Below are positions 37,494 to 48,358 of a stretch of 64,000 nucleotides of DNA, one piece after another. Made by a program: the position numbers and the translations under genes. The notes below the pieces were generated by a model that saw nothing but the letters and a program-made list of their open reading frames with translations, did not search any database and was not told where the DNA came from. Source of the DNA: Chrysemys picta bellii (Eukaryota); assembly GCF_011386835.1 (NCBI RefSeq), contig NC_088800.1:74834001-74898000 (forward strand). The letters are read 5' to 3'. The first letter of the stretch is position 1. Each line of letters begins with the position of its first letter.

Positions 37494-39339
37494 GTATAGA
37501 ATGTGGAACTGCAATGAGTGATGTCCCTCCAAATCAGGAAGATTTGAAAGCTATGTTCCCGTGCTTTTATGTTGTTTATTTAAGTTCTTTCTAATTTATA
37601 GCACTGTTTGAAAAACACAGTAATCAAATTTCATATGAATCTTTCAATTTTATTTTATTATTACTGGGGGTTTTTTAATTTGGAAAAAATCTAAAATTTT
37701 TACTACTTTTTTCAAGGATCAAACATTAGGCAAACAAGAACTGGTCAGGGAACCCCCCCCCCAAAATTGACACAAATTTTTATCTGAAGTTTTTGGGTGT
37801 TTTGAAAATTGTGTTTTCAGGGAAAAAAATCATCCTACTCTCAATCAAAAACTTTCAACTACCTCTACTAATCTGTAAACTCAAGGGACCTTTTCCTCCT
37901 ACCTTTCTTTATACCTGCTATTTCTGTATCATGAACATGCACCATCTTCTCTACTTACACACAACAGACATATGGTAGGCTAAGATTTAGGTAACAATAA
38001 GAACTTGGTTTATTCATGAATAATACTCAGAAGATAGACTCCTTGCCTGGCTTATGTCTGCCTACAAGGAACTACCTGTGTCACTCCTGCTTTATCTTCA
38101 CTGCAAAAATGGGTATTTCTACATAAAGATTATCATCTCGATGTAAAATCCTCATGGAGATAAGGCACAGATAGTTTTTACCCTGATATAGCTAATCAAA
38201 GTCAATCGTATTCTCTCCACTACCAGGTGTTTACCTCTTAGCCATCTCAGTGAAAGACTTTAGCGGAGACAAGGCACTGTAGTTTTTACCTTGGACTAAC
38301 TATCTCAGGTTAACTATTCAATGTAAAAAACACACTTCTTTTTTTTTTTTTTTTACAGGAGAGAGACATAGCCTCAGATTGAGAGGAAGATACACAGAAA
38401 GGTTACAAACATATTTCCTTTTAGAGTTTGGCAAGAGTACCTAAGCATGATTTTTCTTTCATGTTAAATTCAGATGGGCTCTGACTGTGTAATCTTCCCT
38501 TTGCTCATGGTGATAGTATAATTTTACATATAGAATCACAGAATAGTAAATTAACTGTATCAACTGGAAATAAACTTCATTATGGCTCCCACAGGGGGCC
38601 TGATCCAATCTCTCTGAAAGAAATGCAAAGGCTCCCCTTGACATCTCTGGTCAGACCCTTGCAGCTTTCAAATTATTTTTCTTTCCCCCTGTATTGTCTG
38701 CACAAGGAAACTGCACATATCTTAAGTCTGTTTATTCCAGTTGTCTTTGTCGTTTTCTTCTCACTATTCCAAGAAGTGTTGGAGGCGCACCTAAAATGTA
38801 AAACCAAACAATTATTATGTCGGTTAAACTTTATTATCTTAACAATGTAACACAGAAGTGTGGCAATGCTTACTTCTCAAGTTTACATTAGATAGTAAGG
38901 ACCAAATTTAGTATTGGGGCAACTCAGTTGACTTCTGTGGAGTTGCAACCAGTTATACCAGAGCTGAATTTGGCCCCATTTCTATAAAACATCCATTAAT
39001 TTTCATTTGCAGTCTGATCATGTCATAATTCACTTTAATATTCACATGCACTAACCCAAGGGCGTGTATAATTATTACTCCTGTTTCATCATGTAAGGGG
39101 AAAAAATCACATTTGAATAAAAGTGTGTGGAGAACTTGTTGCTTTGTTTATATGAAGGTGTTTACAAGCGATTAGCTAGAGGCCTTCCTAAATGAGAGAA
39201 TTCTGTATGCACTCCAGTAGTCAGCACAATTCAAACCTGATGGGATCATTCACAGAACTAATGTGACTGTCAATAAGTGCAACTTATTTGAAAGAGAGGG
39301 CGGTAGTGAAATATTGTGAATATGATGCAAGGAATGGAA

Positions 39340-39570
39340 AGCAAAGGGGAAACCCTAGTGGACATAAGCTATAGACCAACTTGTCTGGAGAACTGTGATA
39401 AAATATATCTTAAACTACTATCCAGTGCCACTATACTCATGAGGCACTTTAACTATGCAGTCATCTGTTGGGAAACAAAAGTATCCAAACATGCATTAGC
39501 AACTAATTTTATAAGTTACCTACAGGACATCTTTATGAGCCAGAAAGTAGAGAATCCAAGCAGTGGAGCG
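39340..39570 (+). mobile_element. Ancient CR1-type LINE ORF2 endonuclease remnant
   Basis: ORF 39316-39573 has degenerate APE-domain motifs LVDISYRPT...LMRHFNYAVICWE...FMSQKVENPSSG (compare CR1 GVCYRPP...LMGDFNYPDICW...FLxQxVxEPTRG). Confidence 0.6.
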
Positions 39571-39879
39571 TGAACTAATTGAATTCAGCATAGGCTTGAA
39601 TTGGTACACAGAAGGAAGCATTAAAAGGGGCATTGCTTTTTAAGAAAGCAAATCATGGGAGAATGAAGAAATCTAGCACCTGATTGAAAGCCCATTGAAG
39701 TCAATGGAAAGACTCCCTAGTGGGGTCTGGAGCAGGCCCTTATGAGAGTATGCAATTGAAGGAAACTTAAGAGACATGGGTGTAGAGGAATGATGAAGTA
39801 TCCTAAAAGCCATCTTAGGCTCAAAATAGGATTTGGTGTTAATTAAAGAAGCATATTTAGCTGTGACATTCTGTGTTCG

Positions 39880-39980
39880 TTTCCCAGTCCTGAAGAAGAG
39901 CTCTGTGTAAGCTTGAAAGCTGGTCTCTCTCACCAACAGAAGTTGGCCCAATAAAAGATCTGACCTTACCCACCTTGTCG
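39880..39980 (+). mobile_element. Penelope-like element terminal fragment with degenerate hammerhead motif
   Basis: ctgaagaagagctctgtgtaagcttgaaagctggtctctctcaccaacagaagttggcccaataaaagat...cccaccttgtc; near-identical to 56810-56900. Confidence 0.7.
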
Positions 39981-41807
39981 CTGCTGGAAAAGCATTCAGT
40001 AAGCGTTGAATGAGCTATTTCCAATAACACGTAGTTAGAGCAAGTACTGTATGTGTTACCCTTTACACCAGTTAGTGATACAATTAGACCTTCAGTGTTC
40101 CCACGTACACATTTTTATCCTTTTCTAATTCATGTGATTTTTAAATAGCTGTAAAAATAACTATTAGAAACATAACAATTATCAGATTGTGGCTTCTGCT
40201 TATTTATCATATTTCTAAAGAAAAGGTTCTAAAATGCAGTGTCCTATAGATTAGGGAGAGATACCTTATGTTTGTGTTTAGAATTAGATCTTCTTTCTTC
40301 AGGTAGCAAGATCCCATATTTTGCATAAATGCAGGTGCCAAACAGCTAAATTATTCAGGGCCAAATATTTCCTTTTAGGTCATTGTTATGGCTGGCCAAA
40401 TACATTTCCTCCCTCTTCATAATGAACGGGAGATACTGAGCTTAACTTCACCTTATCTGAAGAAGAAAGGGCAGCAAATTGGCAAAATGTTCACTTCATC
40501 CTGTGTCTCTCTCATGCAAAACAAGATTTTGAACACGTGTGACTGAACATGCTCGTGACTTCACTCAGCCAGCTGTTCCCATTCTGTTGAGTGTTGTCAA
40601 TACCAACTCCTTTTCACATCGTACTGGGTCCTGTGATAGGATTTCTCTTGTTTTGGGACACAAGGTATAGTCTGGTCTCTCTGGCTTAAATTTTCCGTAT
40701 AAACTCCAATTATACTAAGCCTTGTTTGGGGATTGGGAAAGCGTACAGAGTCCTGAAGCCGTCAAACTCCGCTTCTTCTGCTGGAAGACTTCAGAGTTCG
40801 TGATATCAGCAGGGCCTGCGAAAGGTTTGGAGATATAAACTGGTGTAGCTTCATTGACATCAATGGACCTTCACCAATGAGCTACAGATCTGGCCCTGAG
40901 TTTGTAGCCTTCCCAGTGTCCATGCAAAAGGTCCTGTTTGGCAGCGCTATCATGTATTATGCACTTTGCTTTACTGTGTGGAACTGGGAACTTCATGCTG
41001 ATGCTCCTGCCATTCTTCTTCATCTTCACCAAAGCAAAACAGGACGAAATTTGTTGGGTGGAGGGGGGCTGGGTTGAGCCTTTGCAGAAGCATGCGGCCT
41101 CTACAGCTGCGCAAACAAGCAGGGGAGAAGGAGGGAGTCTTGGCCATTGAGCACCAAGCCAAGCAGCTTGCCTGTGTTAATGAGCTGTTGAGCTGTTTGT
41201 TTACAAGCGCTGCTAGGCTCTGTTTGCCGCTAATTTAGTCATTACCGTTCCTTAATGTCGTTATATAGCTGACAAACACTTTAGCAGAGAGGGTAGGGCA
41301 GGCTACTGAGCAGTTAACAGTAGCCAAGGCTCAAGTCTGCACCTAATAGGTGGCAAAAGTTCATCTGTAGGTACTCAACTCACCCCTGAATGGGTGTGCT
41401 TTTAGTGCTGTTGGCATCAACGGGAGCAAGTGAATATCCTATCTCCTGAGTATCTTGCAGGAGGCCTACTTTGACGGTACAGAAGAAAGAAAAGACATAG
41501 GTTCTGGGATATGCACAGGCTGTAGAGAGTAAAGATAATAAATCAGAAGGGTTCTCCCAGAGTATTAGTCACACTGACAGAGACAAGAGGATAGAGAGGA
41601 TGCTCAGTGGTCTCTCTCAGGTCATTTTTGATGGCTTATTCCGATTTGGCTATCACTGAGGTTTTAGATGGAATATACTAGAGATGGTCACAACCCAAAC
41701 CCAGATCTAAATACCTCCTGAACTTTGGGGAAAAGCTGAACTCAGATCCATACCATGTGTCTGGCTCCCATCTGCATAACAGCCCAAACCAAAACCCTGG
41801 ACCTGGG

Positions 41808-42261
41808 CAGGGGTGCTGAAACAATGTGTATAGTGGGGGTGCTGAGAGCAGGGCCAGCTCCAGGCACCAGCTAAGGAAGAAGGTGCTTGGGGCGGCCAAT
41901 ATAAAGGAGCAGCACTCCGTCCACTATTGGGGCAGCACGTCCGGGTCTTCGGTGGGAATTCGGCGGCGGGTCCCTCAATCCCCCTCTTTCTCTTTGAGCT
42001 GCCGCCGAAGAGGAAGAGAGGGAATGAAGGACTCGCCGCCGAAGTGCCGCTGAAGACTGGAGTGGCATGAGTAAGCTCCTGCCGAAGTGCTACTGATCGG
42101 CTTTTTTTTTTTTTTTTTTCCACCGCTTGGGGCGGCAGAAAACCTGGAGCCGGTCCTGGCTGAGAGCCATGGAACCAAACTATAAACCCTGCATATAACG
42201 GAAACCACTTCTAGCAGGGGATGCAGCAGCACCCCCAGCACCTCTAGTTCCAGCACCTAGG
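41808..42261. mobile_element. hAT MITE (CAGGGGTGCTG family) hosting a nested hAT MITE
   Basis: Perfect TSD gacctggg (41800-41807, 42262-42269); removing the insert plus one TSD leaves about 136 bp matching 34994-35132. Confidence 0.85.
41849..42158. mobile_element. Nested hAT MITE (CAGGGCCGGCTCCAG family)
   Basis: TIRs cagggccagctccagg / cctggagccggtcctg; perfect TSD gctgagag (41841-41848, 42159-42166). Confidence 0.9.
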
Positions 42262-42994
42262 GACCTGGGACTGTATCTGAACCATTACTACTCAGAGTCT
42301 ACCCTGTAACCTACTAGTTACTGTATTAATGCTGCAGTAGTATTGAAAACCCATCTCACTGCGTGTTTCACTAGATGGGCAACAGGTGACATTGTTCGAA
42401 AATCCAGTTAGTATTATAACACGCACTGGTGCTAAAAAAATTTCTTTTGAACGTGGCACCAGCCATCTGTGGGCCTATTGGCATATAAAAATAATGCGGC
42501 AGCAAATATCTCTGCATGTGCTTGTGTGTAAAAATGCAGCTCCAAATACAGTATTCTTCCCTGTGTATAAAGACACCATGCCTAATACTTGTGCCTGTAA
42601 ATATTGGTACCAAATCACAATAGGTGAAATTCACTCCAATTCGTGTCTATGCAAGGCCCTCTGCAATGCTTATGCCCCACTTAAACCCACTGGATCAGAT
42701 CCACAAATAGCCTACATCAGCCTAGCCCCATAGACTGAGGGTCTAGCCCTTAAAGTGGGCCAGAGTGCTTTGGAACATGGAGCCTGGGAACTAGAATACA
42801 TTCTACCCAAAACCTGATAGGGGAGAAAGAAATAACACTTTTGTAGGGGGTACCTAGTATCAAAATGACACCCACCCTGTCTGCTGCAACATTTCATGTT
42901 TATTTACATATGGGGTTGATAGGAGGAGTTTACGTATATGTCCCTATGTGATCATCAGTTGTAGGGTCTTCATGCCTGTTGCTGTTTACACTAT

Positions 42995-43279
42995 GGGTAC
43001 GTCTATGCTTACCTCCGGGTCCGGCGGTAAGCAATCGATCTTCTGGGATCGATTTATTGCGTCTTGTCTAGACGCGATAAATCGATCCCGGAAGTGCTCA
43101 CCGTCGATGCCGGTACTCCTGCTCGGCGAGAGGAGTATGCGGAGTCGACGGGGGAGCCTGCCTGCCACGTGTGGACCCGCGGTAAGTTAGAACTAAGATA
43201 GTTCGACTTCAGCTACGTTATTCACGTAGCTGAAGTTGCGTGTCTTAGTTCGAAGTGGGGGGTTAGTGTGGACCAGGCC
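42995..43279. mobile_element. PIF/Harbinger-type MITE (young, CpG-rich)
   Basis: Ends gggtacgtcta ... gtgtggaccaggcc with tat on both sides; aligns to 7722-7997; internal palindromes (gatcgattta...taaatcgatc; ttcagctacg...cgtagctgaa). Confidence 0.8.
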
Positions 43280-45199
43280 TATGATGAGGAGGAGTGCCCA
43301 CTGCAGTCCTCTGATAGTATTGAAACATGTCTTTGTCCAGCTAGTTTGCTTCTCTCCTTTCCTCTTCTACTTCTACTGTGCCACCTATTGCCCACCTCCT
43401 CGCGGAGTGTCCCGACCAGTTTTCTGCTGCCTTAATTCCACGTCCTCCATCCTACGGCTATTTCTTGGTGACATTTTTAAGCATTTCACAATACGAATGA
43501 CAATTTTGTGGGGGAAGATTTTGTGTGAAGGGGAAGAGAAGCTTTAGACTGAAAACAATGAAGCCCACAAATTAAGTCTGTGAAGATGCTGGGGGTTAAA
43601 TGCTGTGATTTGTCCCATTCAGATGTTTTCTCACCAAGTTTGCAAAGCCCTGGTTGGCAATTCCGCAGAGCTCATGCACAGAAGGGAAGTGGGGGTTAAA
43701 GGAAGAAATCTGGTAGAAGAATGCGTCCTTTGTGCAGCAATGTTATGCCTTTAACAGATTTATACTGAGTTACTTAAGAACATATCAAATGCCAGCAACT
43801 GGACTGAAAAAAGTGAATCACTCTGAATTTTAATTTTAAAATGTTAATAGGCGTTGATCCTGACTTCTACCACACATCACTGTTACAAGAGATATCTCTC
43901 CTTCCACAACAGTTACTGCTGCTGTGTTCTGTCTTTTCAGGGTCTTTATTGTGTTGGCCTTTGTAATTGTTTTGGCTCTGTTTGCCATGGCAGGGGCTGA
44001 CATTCATGGTCCATGAAATCATTATCTGAGCAAAGAGCACTGCTGTTTCATCACAACTATAAATAGTGGAGCTTTTTAGTGAAGCTTCCCCTTTGGATCA
44101 TTGAGTTACTCTCTCGACCAAATGCCGTGAATGAAACTAAGGAGGATGACAAGCATTTTCCCCAGTGCTAATAGCATTAAGAGTCGTCAGTGCTGATGCT
44201 AAGATGTTGATGAATAAGAGCTAAACCATCTTAATGGAACTTGAAATTTCATTGTAATTCCCTCAACTTCAAAATGGCGTCCATATGCTAATAGAAGAGC
44301 CACAAAACTACCTTGGCAATGGACCTTCAAAGAACTCCTTCCTACTACACTCCAATCAGAATTCTATTCATCATGATAGTATTTTTTTTTTATTGAGCCC
44401 ATGGGTAGAATTTCATCTAAGGCACAGCAACTCTAGCAATGCTCTAACCTTAGCCGGTAATTAGTTTAGTACATCGATTCAATGCAAAGAAGGGAGAGTA
44501 ATGCCAACTAAGAACCTCACTCAGGAAATAATTGAAGCCTGGACTTAAGTCCACCCCCATGCCACAAAGCACTTAAGCACATACTTAAATATTTTGCTGA
44601 ACTGGGGCCTAAGTCATCAATATCACTTCCTGTAGCAACTACAGTAGGCATAATATGGTTTCTGAAGCAGCCATCCTAAATTCTGCAACTGTCTCTGGCT
44701 ATTTTTTCCCTCTTGTCACATTATTCACAGTACATTTTACACATTTTAAAAAAGATTAAACATCTGCTGAAAGGCCCCAGTGAAATTATACTTCAAGGAG
44801 GATTGGGTTCTTTTAATTTGTTTGTAATTTTAAAATTCCTATTTAATACAAATTCTATATAAACCAGAGGACATAAACTTATCTCCGTACATACACAAAT
44901 ACATACATATATACACATACTCTTCTAGATGGACTTATATGACTCATATTAATGCTAATGGGAGTATTTATGCATCAAATGAAAACTGCATATTCTAAAT
45001 ATTTGATTTATTTTTTCAGTCCTGAAATCTAGCTTTCTAATAATCTACTGTTCATTCTCTGTCAACCTGCAAAGACATCCCCATCTGTCCTCTAACTGCT
45101 TGATCCAGTTTGAATTAATATGCTCCATACAAATCAGAGACATGCTCTCAAAATCCTGGTTGTGTAGTAATAAAAATCACGGCATGTATGTGAGAAGGA

Positions 45200-45817
45200 C
45201 GAAGTGTGATTTTGTGGTTAAAGCATTGAATTATGCCTAAGAACAAACTGTGGGTCAGGACTCCAAAGCGGGTCGCGATCCTGTTTTAATAGGGTCGCCA
45301 GGATTGGCTTAGACTTGCTGGGGCCTGGGGCAAAAACCGCCCGAAGTCTGAGGGCTTCAGCCCTGCGCGGCGGGGCTCAATTTACAGGCCCCCTGCCTCA
45401 GGCTGAAGCCCTGGGGCTTTGGCTTTGACCCCCCAATCCAGGGCGCTGGGGTTCGGGCTTTGGCTCCCCCGACCTGGAGTGGTGGGACTAGGGCGGGCTC
45501 AGGCTTTGGTCCCCCTCCTTCCTTGGGGTCATGTAGTAATTTTTGTTGTCAGAAGGGAGTTGCAGTGCAATTAAGTTTGAGAACCCCTATCTAAGAAGAT
45601 CTGAGTTCAATATCCGGCTCGACACTGATTTCTTGTGTGAACCCGGGTAAGTCCCTTGTGCCTCTGTTCCTTTGTGTGCCTTGTATAGTTAGATTGAAAG
45701 CTGTCTGGGACAGAGCCTGTCTGAGGGACAGATCTTGTGTTTGACAGTGACTAGCACAGTGGGGTCCCAATCTTGGTTAGGGACGCCAGGCACTATAGTA
45801 ATAAAAGTAGTAATAAT
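45200..45817 (+). mobile_element. Ancient tRNA-derived SINE (MIR/L2-tail-like) interrupted by a hAT MITE
   Basis: A-box-like gtggttaaagca before the insert; B-box-like gagttcaatatcc, gggtaagtc, gcctctgttcc, then ctagcacagtggggtccc and a taataa tail after it. Confidence 0.55.
45244..45589. mobile_element. hAT MITE (GGTTCTCAAAC family) missing about 10 nt of its left terminus
   Basis: Right end aagtttgagaaccccta; left begins at caaactgtgggtc; flanks cctaagaa / tctaagaa (7/8). Confidence 0.75.
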
Positions 45818-46264
45818 CAGGAACTGCAGCCTGGCCTACCACCTTCAGCCTATGGTTTTTTCAGCTAGATAGTGTTGGTTCAATTCTTTGGATGTGAAGG
45901 CTCAAATAAAATCTGGAGTGGCATTGGGAATGGTGTTAGTGAATCTCCTCTCTGGAACCAATGCCCCAATATGGGACTAGAGGAGTCAAGATACCTATAG
46001 AAATATAATCTTTCAGACAAGGTGTAAAAGTGAGAGCATGTGTGTTTGTGATCACATGCAGCTTTTTGGAAGGGTAGCAGTGTTAAGTGCAGCAAAATGG
46101 CCAAATTCAAATTTGGTTAACTACCTTCTACTTTCCTGAAATCCCCCATCTAGTTATAATTGACAATAATCTTCTCATTCTGTCTTAAACTATTGCAGAG
46201 TCTTCCTGGGCACTTTTAAACATGGGCTACATTTCCAAATGGAACTGCACTGTAATGGTGAGAT

Positions 46265-46441
46265 CAGGAGCGCCGCCAGCTTTTCTGCCGCCCTAGGCGG
46301 CGGAAGGTCCCTTCCTGAAATGCCGCCCCCCACAGAGGCGGCGGAAGATCCCGCCGCCAAAATACCGCTGCGGTCGCCGCCCCCCAAATTGTAGTGCCCT
46401 AGGCAACCGCCTAAGTTGCGTAACGGGTTGCGCCAGCCCTG
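46265..46441. mobile_element. hAT MITE, CpG-rich
   Basis: TIRs caggagcgcc / gcgccagccctg; flanks ggtgagat / ggtgagac (7/8); internal gccgcc/ggcggc reiterations. Confidence 0.8.
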
Positions 46442-47445
46442 GGTGAGACAAGAGGCCCCCATCTTGGCCACATAGAGGCCCCCATCTTGGAGACATTTAA
46501 GCAATTCCCATTGATTCCCCCTCAGGCGAGCAAAGTTACTTACATACTTCAGGGTTTGAGTTGTCACTTGTGAAGCTTGGGGATCCCTCTGAATGACAAC
46601 GTTGTACAAATGTAACGTCAGTGTCATTCTTGTATGCTTTCCATTAGCTTATAAAGCATGGTGTGATACAGTAAGGAGAAAAGAAGTGATATTAAACAAA
46701 AAAAAGATGACCTTTTTATTCCCAAGTCAGCATATTTACACTAGACCTTTTAAAGAGGGCCTAAGAAAACATATATTTTTTAAAAAATATAAAATCAATT
46801 GCTACATTTTTTTAAAGGAAAATCATGCAAAAATGTATCTACACACATCAAACTCACTGACCTTTGGGTATAACATCCTGTGGTCGCGTACATGAAAGCA
46901 CAGGGAGCTATATTATCTCCACTGATTTGCATCAGAAATTAAAAGGTATCCCGCAATGGAATTGGCATGCTTTCCGTTGGGTACAGTACATTAGGTAGGT
47001 TTGGATGTCATTCAGCAAAGTGAGCAGCAGCACTCTCGGAGGTTGTTTATAGTTTTCCAAATGGGATAAGGTTCCTTTTGTAATGTTCTGGAACCTTCTT
47101 TTAAAGAGCTTTCAGAAGGAACAAACAAAAATAATATTTTTTACAGATGAGAGGGCTCTGATTCCATCCCATTCACACTACACGCTTTACCTGTTTTGTA
47201 ACTAGGCAAAGTAACAACTGTCCTGGAACTGGATCCCTTAATTCATTGTGTTTGTAGTGTAGATGAGCCCTTCCTTGGAAAGGGACAGCATGACTGGCAT
47301 GAGCCATTGACTTAAGTACCTCTTAATGGTTTAATGCCTCCACAGTGGCTTTGACCAAAGAGGTGGGGATCTAATTAGGTAAATTACAGGGGCCCGAATC
47401 TACTGTGAGCTGGCTAGAACAGCTATATCCCCAATGTCTCCTAAG

Positions 47446-47878
47446 TGTCATGAATTGGGACGTGGGCAGTCATGCCTAGTAGTTGGAGCAGGAGCCAGGA
47501 GCTAGAGTCGGGGGTCAGAGCCAGAGCCAGAAAGCCAGTAGGGAGCCAAGTGGTCGGAGCCAGAGTCAGAAACCAAAGCCAACAGTCAAAGCAGGAGTCA
47601 TGAAGCCAGTAGGGAAGCAGGGCAAGAGTGGACGGGGCAGGACAGGAGCAAGGCTGGGAACAAGGCAGAAGCAGGGCAGGCACAGGAGGGATCACAGCTG
47701 AGGGCATGCACATTGAGCAGCCAGAGAACAGTTGTTGCTGTTGGGTTTAAGAGCAGGGTTGCTGACTCCCTCGGCCAATCAGGCGGAGAGGTCAGGCAGG
47801 CAGCTCTGCTGCGCTCAGCTGTGCTCATGTGCTGCCTGGGGACTGGGCAGGCACAGCTGCACGTCCTCATTCCCAACA
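47446..47878 (-). mobile_element. Solo LTR (Gypsy-like), 433 bp
   Basis: TG...CA termini (tgtcatga ... ccaaca), perfect 5-bp TSD ctaag; reiterated ctggctcc/ctgact units and a ttaaaccc TATA-like motif on the minus strand. Confidence 0.75.
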
Positions 47879-48124
47879 CTAAGTAATTGAGAAGCAGGGA
47901 GCAACAGGAGATGAAGAGTAATGCTCCCCGAAAACAGTGGTAGGGAAATTATCTACTTAGCGTGATTCGCATTGTGAGATTGTAAAATATACAGGAAGAG
48001 GCCGGTGCCAAGCAACACATGGTAAGACTAGACCACAGTGTCCATGAGATGGGATTTTAAAAGCATCTGAGTGACTTTCAAGCACGTCTCATTGGCTTTC
48101 AATGCTACATGTGTTCGTAAGTCA

Positions 48125-48358
48125 CTTAGACTACTTACACTATGCACTATGCTATGGCACTGCAGCTGTGTAGACATTTGCCTCACTGACCGAAGGGGTT
48201 TTCCATCGCTATATTTAATCCATCCCTCCAAGAGGGAATAGTTAGATTGACAGAACAATTCTTCCGTTGACCTAGAGGTGTCTTCACCAGGGCTTAGGTC
48301 TGCTTATCCCTGAGTGACACAGTCAGGTTGACCTAAGTTTTAGGTGTAGACCAGGCCT
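48125..48358. mobile_element. PIF/Harbinger-type MITE (degenerate)
   Basis: Ends ...tacactatg and ggtgtagaccaggcc; similar to 25092-25383. Confidence 0.55.

Noticed and set aside
41860-42120. CpG-island promoter
   Set aside because: Every strongly CpG-rich patch in the window lies inside a young transposon.
47483-47701. Q/S/G-rich low-complexity ORF
   Set aside because: Read from the reiterated motifs of the solo LTR.
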